Program-made: the position numbers and the translations under genes
Assembly: GCA_030830285.1 (NCBI GenBank)
Contig: JAURNF010000218.1
Coordinates: 3,354 to 67,353 of the forward strand
Source of the DNA: Candidatus Kapaibacterium sp.
GTDB lineage: Bacteria > Bacteroidota > Ignavibacteria > Kapaibacteriales > Kapaibacteriaceae
Reading direction: 5' to 3'
DNA length: 64,000 nt
Shown: positions 39,342 to 48,125 of the stretch, piece after piece
Numbering within the stretch: the stretch's first letter is position 1
How the letters are laid out: each line of letters begins with the position of its first letter
Notes under the pieces: generated by a model
Databases searched by the model: none
The model's input: only the letters and a program-made list of their open reading frames with translations
Told to the model about the DNA's origin: nothing

Positions 39342-39608
39342 TTAGGTTTCTTGATCGTCACGCTGTGCGCGTTTCCCAAGTTGTTGTACAACACGAAGAA
39401 ACTGCACGAGGCCCACGGTTGATCCAACAACAACACTGCCAAGGAGAGCCCATGGCTCGGTGTTATATGTTGCATCAATCCACCATCCAACGACAGCACA
39501 ACCACACACCGCTGCGGCAAGCTGCACCCCAAGTGTGAGATAGGGTGCGAGCTGTTGCATAACCGACTCGCGTTGATGCATGGTCAGACCAACGTTAATG
39601 GCGCGCAA
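39342..39608 (-). CDS. atpZ: AtpZ/Atp1-like small membrane protein (putative F0F1-ATPase-associated subunit)
   Basis: 88 aa with two TM helices (LGVQLAAAVCGCAVVGWWIDATYNTEPWALLGSVVVGSTVGLVQFL) resembling the AtpZ family. First gene of the atp operon. Confidence 0.6.
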   Translation of the reverse strand: MRAINVGLTMHQRESVMQQLAPYLTLGVQLAAAVCGCAVVGWWIDATYNTEPWALLGSVVVGSTVGLVQFLRVVQQLGKRAQRDDQET

Positions 39609-39626
39609 AAATAGGTCGTTTAGGGG

Positions 39627-40973
39627 CTAAAAACCCAATTCTCGAAGTGTACTAAGTACAGATTCCGTGTAGATGTTCACGGTTTCTCCATACCAGCGTC
39701 CGTCGGGGATGAATTGGATGGCTCCATAGGTCGCTGGGTTGAGGGGTTGAATGGGGCTTGTAGCCACCACGCTGGTCTCGTCCGGACGGAACTCATTGTC
39801 GACATCGTACAGGGCAATGGTGCATCCGAATTCGGTGATCGACTGCTCGTCGACAGGCGCCCGTTCGTAGCCAAGAAGGGCAAATGGTATGCGGACCTTA
39901 ACGACGTAACCCCCTGTGCGTGGTGCAGTTACGACGCGTACCCGTTGGACGGCAGAGTCTTGTGCGGGGTCGAGTTCGTCGGTGGTCTTGACCTTGATGG
40001 TTGGACGTCGATCGCCGAAATCACCGATCTGAATCGAGAAGGCATAGAGTCCGCTGTCGGTGCTCGACCGGGGCGTAATGGTCGACCGCTTGACGGTTTG
40101 GATGTAGCGCGACCCCCCAAGTTCATCCGCTGGGGTTACGTCGAACCAAATTTCCAATCGGTCGGCTGCGCATGTGTCACACCACCCGGTAATGATGGTT
40201 GAATCTTGAACTGTGACACGGAGATAGAGGTAGTCGTTGTCGTACACCACCCGCGCGCGCAACGATGCGTCGCGCTCATCGGTCCACCAGAACGCGCCAT
40301 TTACTACGTGCTTGATGCGCATTGCGGTAATCTCGGGCACGTATCCGGCATATACCTGGCGTCCACGGCTGTACGCTGGAATCACCCCGTAGTCAGCTGC
40401 GAATGCTAGATCCCCATCGCCCGTGATGAACCGCTCTTGCGTTTCAAGTGTCTGGTACGACCGAAACGTCTCGTGTCCGAATGATTCAACGCGGTCCGAT
40501 ACAAACTCATCAACAAGGACGATGCTGCCTTCACCAAACCGATAGCCGCGAATCATCCAATCATCACTGCGTCGCTTTTGCGTCACGTAGCACGTCTGCT
40601 CCTTGATCACAACGCCAACCTCAAGCGGTAGGTCGATGTAGGCAAAAGGGAGCTTGCCGATGTTGACGAGGAATCCCTCGTTGTCGATGAAGAGGTAGAC
40701 AAGATTCTCACGCTTGCGCGTACCGAGAACATTTACCGATACAGCAAGGTCGTAGTTGCCATCGCCACTGAAATCACCTACGTCCCATCCCCAGATGCGG
40801 TACGCAGATCCCTGTGGGAGCGCTGGACGGATGTCCTGAATGAGCTCCTCTGCGAAATAGGGTGTGAGACGTCGCGCGAACTCGTCATACGTCATGCCGG
40901 ACTGTGCTGAAAGCACGGGGGCGATCAGGACGAAGACGGCGGCACTGAGAAGTGCGAGTCGACAGCGAGACAC
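39627..40973 (-). CDS. Secreted hypothetical protein with an FG-GAP/VCBS-like motif (448 aa)
   Basis: Signal peptide MSRCRLALLSAAVFVLIAPVLSAQ. WGWDVGDFSGDGNYDLAV motif. No T9SS CTD recognised. Confidence 0.6.
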   Translation of the reverse strand: MSRCRLALLSAAVFVLIAPVLSAQSGMTYDEFARRLTPYFAEELIQDIRPALPQGSAYRIWGWDVGDFSGDGNYDLAVSVNVLGTRKRENLVYLFIDNEGFLVNIGKLPFAYIDLPLEVGVVIKEQTCYVTQKRRSDDWMIRGYRFGEGSIVLVDEFVSDRVESFGHETFRSYQTLETQERFITGDGDLAFAADYGVIPAYSRGRQVYAGYVPEITAMRIKHVVNGAFWWTDERDASLRARVVYDNDYLYLRVTVQDSTIITGWCDTCAADRLEIWFDVTPADELGGSRYIQTVKRSTITPRSSTDSGLYAFSIQIGDFGDRRPTIKVKTTDELDPAQDSAVQRVRVVTAPRTGGYVVKVRIPFALLGYERAPVDEQSITEFGCTIALYDVDNEFRPDETSVVATSPIQPLNPATYGAIQFIPDGRWYGETVNIYTESVLSTLRELGF

Positions 40974-40984
40974 GGTTGTACCTA

Positions 40985-41983
40985 TCAGTTTGTTGGTGCT
41001 GTTGCCAGAACGGTATCACGAACCTCGAGATGGCTGGCACGCAAACGCGCACCATACTGCGCAACAACTTGGGCCGATGCATACGATGCAAGACGTCCCG
41101 CATGCTCTGGGTGATGACGGTGTAGGACGCCATACAGGAAGGCACCAGCATACATGTCACCAGCACCGGTAGTGTCGACAGGCTGAACCTTGTACGCAGG
41201 AATCTCAACGTCGTGTCCGTTCCAGCGTACACGCGAGCCCTCGGCACCAGCTGTGAGCACGGCGTTCGGAAAGGTCGCAGCGAGGTATGCATATGCTTCG
41301 TTCACCGACTCTGTCTGTGCGAGCCCTGTGCCTTCACGCTCATTGCAGAACACAAGATCAGCGCTCTTCAATACCGAACGCAGACGGTCGCCGAACACAT
41401 CAATGATGAACCCATCGGAACAACTGATCGCGACGCGTGTATCATGCTTCTTCGCATAGAACAACGCTTGATCGACAGCCTCTGCTCCGTTATCATCCGT
41501 GAGCTTGTACCCTTCGATGTACACCCACTCGCTCGACTTAATGAGGTCTTCATTGATGTGACGTGGCGAAAACTCTGTGTTCACGGCAAGCGTGGTGTTG
41601 AGTGTTCGCTCGCTATCGGGTGTGATCAACACCAGACATGATCCGGTGGTGGCACCACTGATCTGCTCAGCATTCAACACAATGCCAAGGTCCTTGAACT
41701 CCGATGCGTAGAAGTCACCAAAATGGTCACCACCCAACAGCGATGCATACGCGGCCGTGCCACCAAACTGCGCGAAGGCAATGATGGTGTTCGCAGCCGA
41801 TCCGCCACTGCAACGATGCGCATCGCGATCATTCAGTGCCTGAATCATGTCGTGCTGACGTGATGGTTCTGTGAGCGTCATGGCTCCCTTGGATACCCCA
41901 AAGGCAGCGAGTTCGGCATCTGTGACGCGGTATTCGAGGTCGACGAGGGCATTGCCGATGCCCGTAAGAAGGATGTGTTTCAC
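40985..41983 (-). CDS. PfkB-family carbohydrate/nucleoside kinase (ribokinase/adenosine kinase-like)
   Basis: N-terminal GIGNALVDLEY and the C-terminal PfkB signature DTTGAGDMYAGAFLYGVL. Confidence 0.8.
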   Translation of the reverse strand: MKHILLTGIGNALVDLEYRVTDAELAAFGVSKGAMTLTEPSRQHDMIQALNDRDAHRCSGGSAANTIIAFAQFGGTAAYASLLGGDHFGDFYASEFKDLGIVLNAEQISGATTGSCLVLITPDSERTLNTTLAVNTEFSPRHINEDLIKSSEWVYIEGYKLTDDNGAEAVDQALFYAKKHDTRVAISCSDGFIIDVFGDRLRSVLKSADLVFCNEREGTGLAQTESVNEAYAYLAATFPNAVLTAGAEGSRVRWNGHDVEIPAYKVQPVDTTGAGDMYAGAFLYGVLHRHHPEHAGRLASYASAQVVAQYGARLRASHLEVRDTVLATAPTN

Positions 41984-43005
41984 GACGCGAAGATACCCGA
42001 CAAGCGCATGATCTCCTCACATAGCGCAGGAAACTCAATGTCTGCTGCACGAGCGGCCATCGGCACAAGACTCGTTTCGGTGAACCCCGGAAGCGTATTC
42101 ACTTCAAGACAGAACGGGATGTTGTCCTCGCGCAGACGGAAATCGACGCGACTGTAGGCGCGGCATCCCAGAACGTTGTGTGCAGCAACAGCAAGGTTGC
42201 GAACATGATCTTCAACTTCAGGCGAGAGCTCTGCAGGACAGTGGTACTCGGTTTTACCCTTGGTGTACTTGTTCGTGTAGTCGTAATAGCCATCCTTCGG
42301 CGCAATCTCGATGATCGGCAATGCATCGTCTCCAAGCACTGCAACCGTAAGCTCCCTACCCGAGATGTATCGCTCTATGAGGATCGTCGATGAGTACATG
42401 CCAGCGATTCGCACAGCTTCGCCAAGTGAATCAACGTTTGGCGTGTTGAGAATCGTCATTCCAACCGTCGAACCTTGGTCATTCGGCTTGATGACAAGTC
42501 CGCCTTCGACTTCCGTCATCACCTGCTCGAGAACCGTGTGATCATCAGCTTGGTCCGGTGTTAGCGTCACCCACGGCGCAGTAGGAATGCCCGCAACTTG
42601 GAACAGCATTTTTGCGAGCCCCTTATCCATGGCCGCTGCACTCGCCAACATTGTGCTACCGGTGTACGGGATGCCGCGCAGATCCAGCAGCGATTGGATG
42701 TAGCCGTCCTCACCATAGCGTCCGTGCAGCAAGATGAATGCACAATCGACACCATCAAAGGCCGACGATGAGACGCACTCCATCAGGGCGACGGGACGAA
42801 ACGCTGCAAGCTCTTCATCCGTTACTGCCCGTGGCGTTGCTGCTGCGAGCTCGTCATCGTTGAGGATGCAATCGGCACCGCGCGATGGATCGATTGCACG
42901 AACCGAATGCCCGAGTGATCGAAGTGCATGTACGGCCGCGCGACCGCTCACCATGGAGATGTTACGTTCGGGACTAATCCCGCCGAGAAGTACGGCAATG
43001 TTCAT
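41980..43005 (-). CDS. ddl: D-alanine--D-alanine ligase
   Basis: Start refined to [21 protein letters not shown] at 43005 (ATGA overlap with the udg stop). ATP-grasp motifs collinear with E. coli DdlB (GRYGEDGYIQSLLDLRGIPYTGS, EYHCPA, EVNTLPGFTETSLVPMAARAAD). Confidence 0.85.
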   Translation of the reverse strand: MNIAVLLGGISPERNISMVSGRAAVHALRSLGHSVRAIDPSRGADCILNDDELAAATPRAVTDEELAAFRPVALMECVSSSAFDGVDCAFILLHGRYGEDGYIQSLLDLRGIPYTGSTMLASAAAMDKGLAKMLFQVAGIPTAPWVTLTPDQADDHTVLEQVMTEVEGGLVIKPNDQGSTVGMTILNTPNVDSLGEAVRIAGMYSSTILIERYISGRELTVAVLGDDALPIIEIAPKDGYYDYTNKYTKGKTEYHCPAELSPEVEDHVRNLAVAAHNVLGCRAYSRVDFRLREDNIPFCLEVNTLPGFTETSLVPMAARAADIEFPALCEEIMRLSGIFAS

Positions 43006-43751
43006 GATGCATCGTAGAGGTTGCGAAGAAGCTTGACGTCGTCCCACGCGTACTTCTTCCATTCAGGATTCCGCAGCAGCGCCGCGGGATGATAGGTCAC
43101 CAGTGTGCGAATGCCATGATAGTCGTGAATCTTTCCACGAAGATTCGTCATGGACTCTTTGTTCTTCAGTAGGGTGTTTGCTGCGGTGAGACCAAGCGCG
43201 AGAATGAGCTTTGGTTGCACGATCTCAATCTGCTTCCACAGATATGGCTCGCACTGATCTGTTTCGCCAACAAGGGGCTTGCGGTTATTCGGTGGACGGC
43301 ACTTGAGGATGTTGCAGATGTAGACTTCTTCGCGCGGCAGCGAGATGGCCTCGAGAATCTTCGTCAACAACTGTCCTGCTCGACCCACAAACGGCAAGCC
43401 TTGCTCGTCTTCATCAGCGCCTGGCGCTTCGCCGACGATCATGATGTCTGCATTGGGATTGCCACTGCCAAACACAAAGTTCGTTCGTGTGTGGCCGAGT
43501 GGACACTGCATGCAGGTGCAGATCTGCTCGTTGAGTTCGGTAAGTGTTGTTGTTGCGGCCCAGCTTGCGGTTGACTGCTCCATTGACATCTCGATGGTCT
43601 CCGTTGCTTCAGTTGCGTGGTCGATTGCTGACTCTACGCTGTGTTCACCGATCACAGAAGCAGGATCGGCGCGCACCACATATTGGTGCGCGCCGTACAT
43701 CTGCGTTTGCTGTCGGAGATATGCTGCAAGGAGAGTTGGATCGATTGCCAC
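43002..43751 (-). CDS. Uracil-DNA glycosylase, family 4
   Basis: [52 protein letters not shown] with 4Fe-4S Cys ligands. Typical UdgA motif GEAPG...PFVG.AG. Confidence 0.85.
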   Translation of the reverse strand: MAIDPTLLAAYLRQQTQMYGAHQYVVRADPASVIGEHSVESAIDHATEATETIEMSMEQSTASWAATTTLTELNEQICTCMQCPLGHTRTNFVFGSGNPNADIMIVGEAPGADEDEQGLPFVGRAGQLLTKILEAISLPREEVYICNILKCRPPNNRKPLVGETDQCEPYLWKQIEIVQPKLILALGLTAANTLLKNKESMTNLRGKIHDYHGIRTLVTYHPAALLRNPEWKKYAWDDVKLLRNLYDAS

Positions 43752-43759
43752 AGGTCACA

Positions 43760-46279
43760 TTACTCCTCGTGCGCTTCGGCCTCTTCGTGTTCTTCAAGTG
43801 CGTCGCCACCCTTTGGCTTCGCAAGCGAGAACACTACGGTTCCCGTCTTCTTGTCGAGCTTGCCCTTGATCAATGCACCTTCGGTGAAGATACCCTTAAG
43901 GAGGTCCTCAGAAATTGGATCTTCGACAAAGCGCTGCAGCGTTCGGCGAAGCGGACGTGCACCGTACTTCTCGTCAAAGCCTTTCTCTGCAAGGAATTCC
44001 TTGGCAGACTTCGCAAGATCAAGTGTGATATTCTTTGAAGCCAAACGCTTGAGTACGCGCTTGAGCTGCAGGTCGATGATCTTGTACATGTCTTCCTTCT
44101 TGAGCGAACGGAAGATCACATACTCGTCGATACGATTCAAAAACTCTGGATTGAACAACCGCTTCATCGTCTCTTCAACGGTTGACTTCATGTTGTCGTA
44201 GTCGTCCGATGCTGCGTCGGGTGTAAAACCGATGCGACCGCCCGCCTTGACATCACGCATACCTACGTTGGACGTCATGATGATGATTGTGTTCTTGAAG
44301 TCAACGCGACGTCCAAGTCCATCCGTGAGCTGTCCATCATCGAACACCTGCAACAGGATGTTGAATACGTCTGGGTGTGCCTTTTCAATTTCGTCGAGCA
44401 GCACGATAGAGTACGGCTTACGACGCACCTTCTCGGTGAGCTGTCCACCCTCTTCATAACCGACGTATCCTGGAGGTGCTCCAACAAGACGTGATACGGT
44501 GAACTTCTCCATGTACTCCGACATGTCGATGCGAATGAGCGCATCTTCGCTGTCGAACATGTAGCGTGCGAGTGCCTTTGCGAGCTCAGTCTTTCCGACG
44601 CCGGTTGGACCCAAGAACATGAACGAACCGATTGGACGGTTCGGATCCTTCAGTCCAGCACGAGCACGGCGAATAGCCTTTGCCAAGTGCTCAACGGCCT
44701 CGTCCTGACCAATCACTTGTCCGCGCAACTCTTCCGCCATCTTCAAGAGCTTGGCTGTTTCGCCTTCCGCGATTCGATTGACAGGGATACCGGTCATCAT
44801 CGCAATCACATCAGCGACATCTTCCTCGGTGACGTCGAAGACAACGTCGCCCGACTTGCTCTCCCACTCTTCCTTTGCTGTCTCGAGATCGGCTTGATGC
44901 TTCTTCTCGAGATCGCGCAATCGAGCGGCTTCTTCGAAGTTCTGGGACTTCACGACGGAGTTCTTGAGAACGCGTACTTCTTCGATCTTTTCTTCGAGCT
45001 CGAGTACTTCCTTTGGCACCTTGATGTTGCCGAGATGCACTCGTGCACCCGCTTCATCCATCACATCAAGCGCTTTGTCTGGTAGGAAACGGTCGGTGAT
45101 GTACCGATCCGCCATGAGCACGCAGGCACGCACGGCTTCTTCCGAGTAGCGAACACCGTGATGCTGCTCGTAGCGTTCCTTGACGTTCGTGAGGATCTGC
45201 ATCGCCTCTTCGGCAGTCGGCGGATCGACGACGATCTTCTGGAAGCGACGGTCGAGAGCACCATCTTTTTCGATGAACTGACGGTACTCATCGAGGGTCG
45301 TGGCGCCGATACATTGGATGTCGCCCCGCGCCAAAGCCGGCTTGAACATGTTTGATGCATCAAGCGATCCCGACGCACCACCAGCACCAACGATAGTGTG
45401 AAGCTCGTCGATGAACAGGATAACATCCTTTGCTTTTTCAAGCTCGTTCATCACGGCCTTCATGCGCTCTTCGAACTGACCGCGGTACTTGGTACCAGCA
45501 ACGAGCGCTGCGAGGTCAAGCGTCACAATACGCTTGTCGAACAGCACACGCGATACCTTGCGGTCGATGATGCGGAGCGCCAAGCCCTCAACAATCGCAG
45601 TTTTGCCAACGCCTGGCTCACCGATGAGCACTGGGTTGTTCTTCTTGCGACGTGAAAGAACCTGCGCGACGCGTTGAATTTCTTTGTCACGACCAATCAC
45701 TGGGTCGAGCTTGCCCTCTACGGCCAGCTTCGTAAGATCACGTCCGAAGTTGTCGAGCACTGGCGTCTTCGCGCGCTCAGGTGCAGCCTTCGTACGGCCA
45801 CCTGGCTGCCCCTTTTCAGGTCGTGCCTGACCTGATGTGGGACGTCCGCTAAGGTATGCGTCGAGCTCCTTGCGAACAGCATCGTAGTTAACCGAGAACT
45901 GACCCAGAATCTGGGCCGCAATGTTGTCTTCGTCACGCAACAGCGAGAGCAACAAATGCTCCGTGCCGATCACGTCCGACTTGTACAGCTTGGCCTCGAG
46001 ATAGGTGATTTTCAGCACCTTCTCAGCCTGCTTCGTGAGTGGGATATTCCCGATCGTAAGTGGGCCGCTCATCGAACGCACTGTATCCTCTACAGCACGC
46101 TTGAGCTTCCCGAGCTCGACGCCGAGGTTGCGCAAAATCTTGACACCAATCCCCTCGCCCTCGCGGATAATCCCCAAGAGCAGGTGCTCAGTACCAATGT
46201 AATCGTGTCCGAGACGCAGTGCTTCCTCCCGACTAAGGCGGATCACATCTTGCACTCGGTTGGAAAAGTTGCCTTCCAT
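43760..46279 (-). CDS. clpC: ATP-dependent Clp protease ATP-binding subunit ClpC-type (double Clp-N, two AAA+ modules, short UVR-like linker)
   Basis: Two Clp-N repeats. Walker A GEPGVGKT and GPTGVGKT. Short middle domain ([16 protein letters not shown]...), which points to ClpC rather than ClpB. GAGGA SD about 9 nt upstream. Confidence 0.9.
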   Translation of the reverse strand: MEGNFSNRVQDVIRLSREEALRLGHDYIGTEHLLLGIIREGEGIGVKILRNLGVELGKLKRAVEDTVRSMSGPLTIGNIPLTKQAEKVLKITYLEAKLYKSDVIGTEHLLLSLLRDEDNIAAQILGQFSVNYDAVRKELDAYLSGRPTSGQARPEKGQPGGRTKAAPERAKTPVLDNFGRDLTKLAVEGKLDPVIGRDKEIQRVAQVLSRRKKNNPVLIGEPGVGKTAIVEGLALRIIDRKVSRVLFDKRIVTLDLAALVAGTKYRGQFEERMKAVMNELEKAKDVILFIDELHTIVGAGGASGSLDASNMFKPALARGDIQCIGATTLDEYRQFIEKDGALDRRFQKIVVDPPTAEEAMQILTNVKERYEQHHGVRYSEEAVRACVLMADRYITDRFLPDKALDVMDEAGARVHLGNIKVPKEVLELEEKIEEVRVLKNSVVKSQNFEEAARLRDLEKKHQADLETAKEEWESKSGDVVFDVTEEDVADVIAMMTGIPVNRIAEGETAKLLKMAEELRGQVIGQDEAVEHLAKAIRRARAGLKDPNRPIGSFMFLGPTGVGKTELAKALARYMFDSEDALIRIDMSEYMEKFTVSRLVGAPPGYVGYEEGGQLTEKVRRKPYSIVLLDEIEKAHPDVFNILLQVFDDGQLTDGLGRRVDFKNTIIIMTSNVGMRDVKAGGRIGFTPDAASDDYDNMKSTVEETMKRLFNPEFLNRIDEYVIFRSLKKEDMYKIIDLQLKRVLKRLASKNITLDLAKSAKEFLAEKGFDEKYGARPLRRTLQRFVEDPISEDLLKGIFTEGALIKGKLDKKTGTVVFSLAKPKGGDALEEHEEAEAHEE

Positions 46280-46426
46280 GGCAGGTATTCCTCAGGGAAC
46301 GGTGAACATTCCTTCCTACGACGTACAGCGCGCAGTTCTGTTACGTTTTGGCACGGAAATATAGCTCCCACCCCGCGCCTGAGGGGGCGGAGATTATGCA
46401 CATGAATACCTTAGATCGAGTGCTGC

Positions 46427-47326
46427 TTACTCGTACAGCTTCTTCACCTTGCCCAATTTGATCACCAGCGTTGGCATTGCTGGAGCTGCAGGAGCGGCCG
46501 TCTTGGCAGCAGCTGTAGGAGTCTTACCCTTACCCTTTGCCGGTGTGGCTGCAGGTGTGGCTACTGGTGCACTCGCAGGCGCTGCCAGCATGCCGGCAAC
46601 GTAGGAAATGCGGACGTCGCCCATCTTGACAGTCTTAGTGAGTTCTTTGACTGCGGCAATACGCTGCGCTACAAGATCTGTGTTAGGGTCTGCTGGATAA
46701 GCTGGACGCGCTGGTTCAGGGGGCGCTGGTTGCCCCTTCTTTACCTTCTTGACGGCCTTTTTCCAGGCATCGAGCTCCTTGGCGTAAGCGACATCGACCT
46801 GCGCCTTGACCTTGCTAATCTGATCTTCATCGGGAGCGATGGTGACGACGAGGTTCATTTCGCCATTTGAGCGCAACAGCTCGTTGATCTGATCAACAGC
46901 CGCTTTGCTTGCAGGCGTGAGTGTAGCAGCATTACGGTCGAATGCATTCATCACCGATGCGATCTGCGTACCCTCGACCACCTCACGCACGTTGATGTCG
47001 TGCTTGATGATCTTGAACTTCTCAGCCTTCGGGATTTCTACGACCACTTCTTTGCGGTAGACGTTGTACCCCGTGCATGCAATCTTGTGGGGTCCGGGTT
47101 CTGAAAGCGTCTGGAGGTACGTGCCATCCTTGCTGTTCGATGAGATCGAGATACGCTTTCCCGATGGCGTCCAGATGAACATCTTACAACCAATCGGCTT
47201 TCCTGTAACGGAGTCGCGAATGACGCCTTCAAGATTAAGGTTGGCTTGCTGTGCGGTGGCTGCCATAGCAACAACACCAAAGGCTCCTACGAGCACCAGT
47301 GCACGAACACTTGCAATCATTCCCAC
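46427..47326 (-). CDS. Secreted hypothetical protein with Ala/Pro/Lys-rich low-complexity C-terminus (299 aa)
   Basis: Signal peptide MGMIASVRALVLVGAFGVVAMAATAQQ. The C-terminal third is PAxxA/K-rich. No family recognised. Confidence 0.6.
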   Translation of the reverse strand: MGMIASVRALVLVGAFGVVAMAATAQQANLNLEGVIRDSVTGKPIGCKMFIWTPSGKRISISSNSKDGTYLQTLSEPGPHKIACTGYNVYRKEVVVEIPKAEKFKIIKHDINVREVVEGTQIASVMNAFDRNAATLTPASKAAVDQINELLRSNGEMNLVVTIAPDEDQISKVKAQVDVAYAKELDAWKKAVKKVKKGQPAPPEPARPAYPADPNTDLVAQRIAAVKELTKTVKMGDVRISYVAGMLAAPASAPVATPAATPAKGKGKTPTAAAKTAAPAAPAMPTLVIKLGKVKKLYE

Positions 47327-47330
47327 GTGA

Positions 47331-48107
47331 TCATCCCTTTGCTGAGTTTAGAAACTTCGCGATCCCTTGCTTGCAGTCGTCGGTCTGACGTGCAAGTGCA
47401 TTCATCACGGTTGCGTAGTGCAACCCTGCTTCGAGTGACATGCTATGTACCGACTCGAGCATCATTTTACTCATTGCCATGGCCGAGGGGCTATTTGCCG
47501 CAATGGACTTGGCAATCGACATCGTTGTAGCCTCAAGGTCGGCATCATCCACAACGTGGGAAATGAGTCCCAACCGCTGTGCTTCTTCCGCACCGATGTT
47601 CTCTGCTGTCAACACCAAGCGTCGTGCTTGCGTATCGCCGATCTTTCGCACGAGATACACCATGACGATCGCCGGTATGAACCCGATGCGCACCTCGGAA
47701 TACCCGAACAGCGCTTTCTCACGTCCAGCCACGACGATATCGCATACGGTTGCGAGACCACATCCGCCGGCAATTGCCGCACCATGGACCATACCGATAA
47801 CGGGCTTGGAACAGCCAACGATCGACTGGAACATGTCCTTGAGATCAGTTGAATCGGCAAGATTTTCGAGCGGTGAGTTCTGACTGATTTGCTGGAGATA
47901 GGCGAGGTCGGCACCGGCACAAAACGCCGGTCCATCCCCACGCAGGACGATGACACGCACGTCGGGATCGGCACCCATCGACGTAAACGCACGATGTAGG
48001 TCCGACACAAGCTCGGCGCTGAGCGCATTCCGCTTGTCGGCACGATTCATAACGATCGTACCAATTCCATCAGCGATGGATGTGAGAACGAGTTCCATGG
48101 TCGACAA
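47331..48107 (-). CDS. Enoyl-CoA hydratase/isomerase (crotonase family)
   Basis: RNALSAELVSDLHRAF...VIVLRGDGPAFCAGADL oxyanion-hole region and crotonase fold length. Confidence 0.85.
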   Translation of the reverse strand: MSTMELVLTSIADGIGTIVMNRADKRNALSAELVSDLHRAFTSMGADPDVRVIVLRGDGPAFCAGADLAYLQQISQNSPLENLADSTDLKDMFQSIVGCSKPVIGMVHGAAIAGGCGLATVCDIVVAGREKALFGYSEVRIGFIPAIVMVYLVRKIGDTQARRLVLTAENIGAEEAQRLGLISHVVDDADLEATTMSIAKSIAANSPSAMAMSKMMLESVHSMSLEAGLHYATVMNALARQTDDCKQGIAKFLNSAKG

Positions 48108-48125
48108 GATACGGCGTGAGAACGA

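Noticed and set aside
43215-44201. ORFs antisense to udg and clpC (e.g. 43345-43869, 43641-44201, 45956-46405)
   Set aside because: They are opposite to high-confidence housekeeping genes and have no supporting features.
46280-46426. Possible CIRCE/CtsR heat-shock operator or terminator upstream of clpC
   Set aside because: No match to CIRCE (TTAGCACTC-N9-GAGTGCTAA) or CtsR direct repeats. The GC-rich imperfect palindrome CCCCGCGCC-TGA-GGGGGCGG has mismatches and is not followed by a U-tract.
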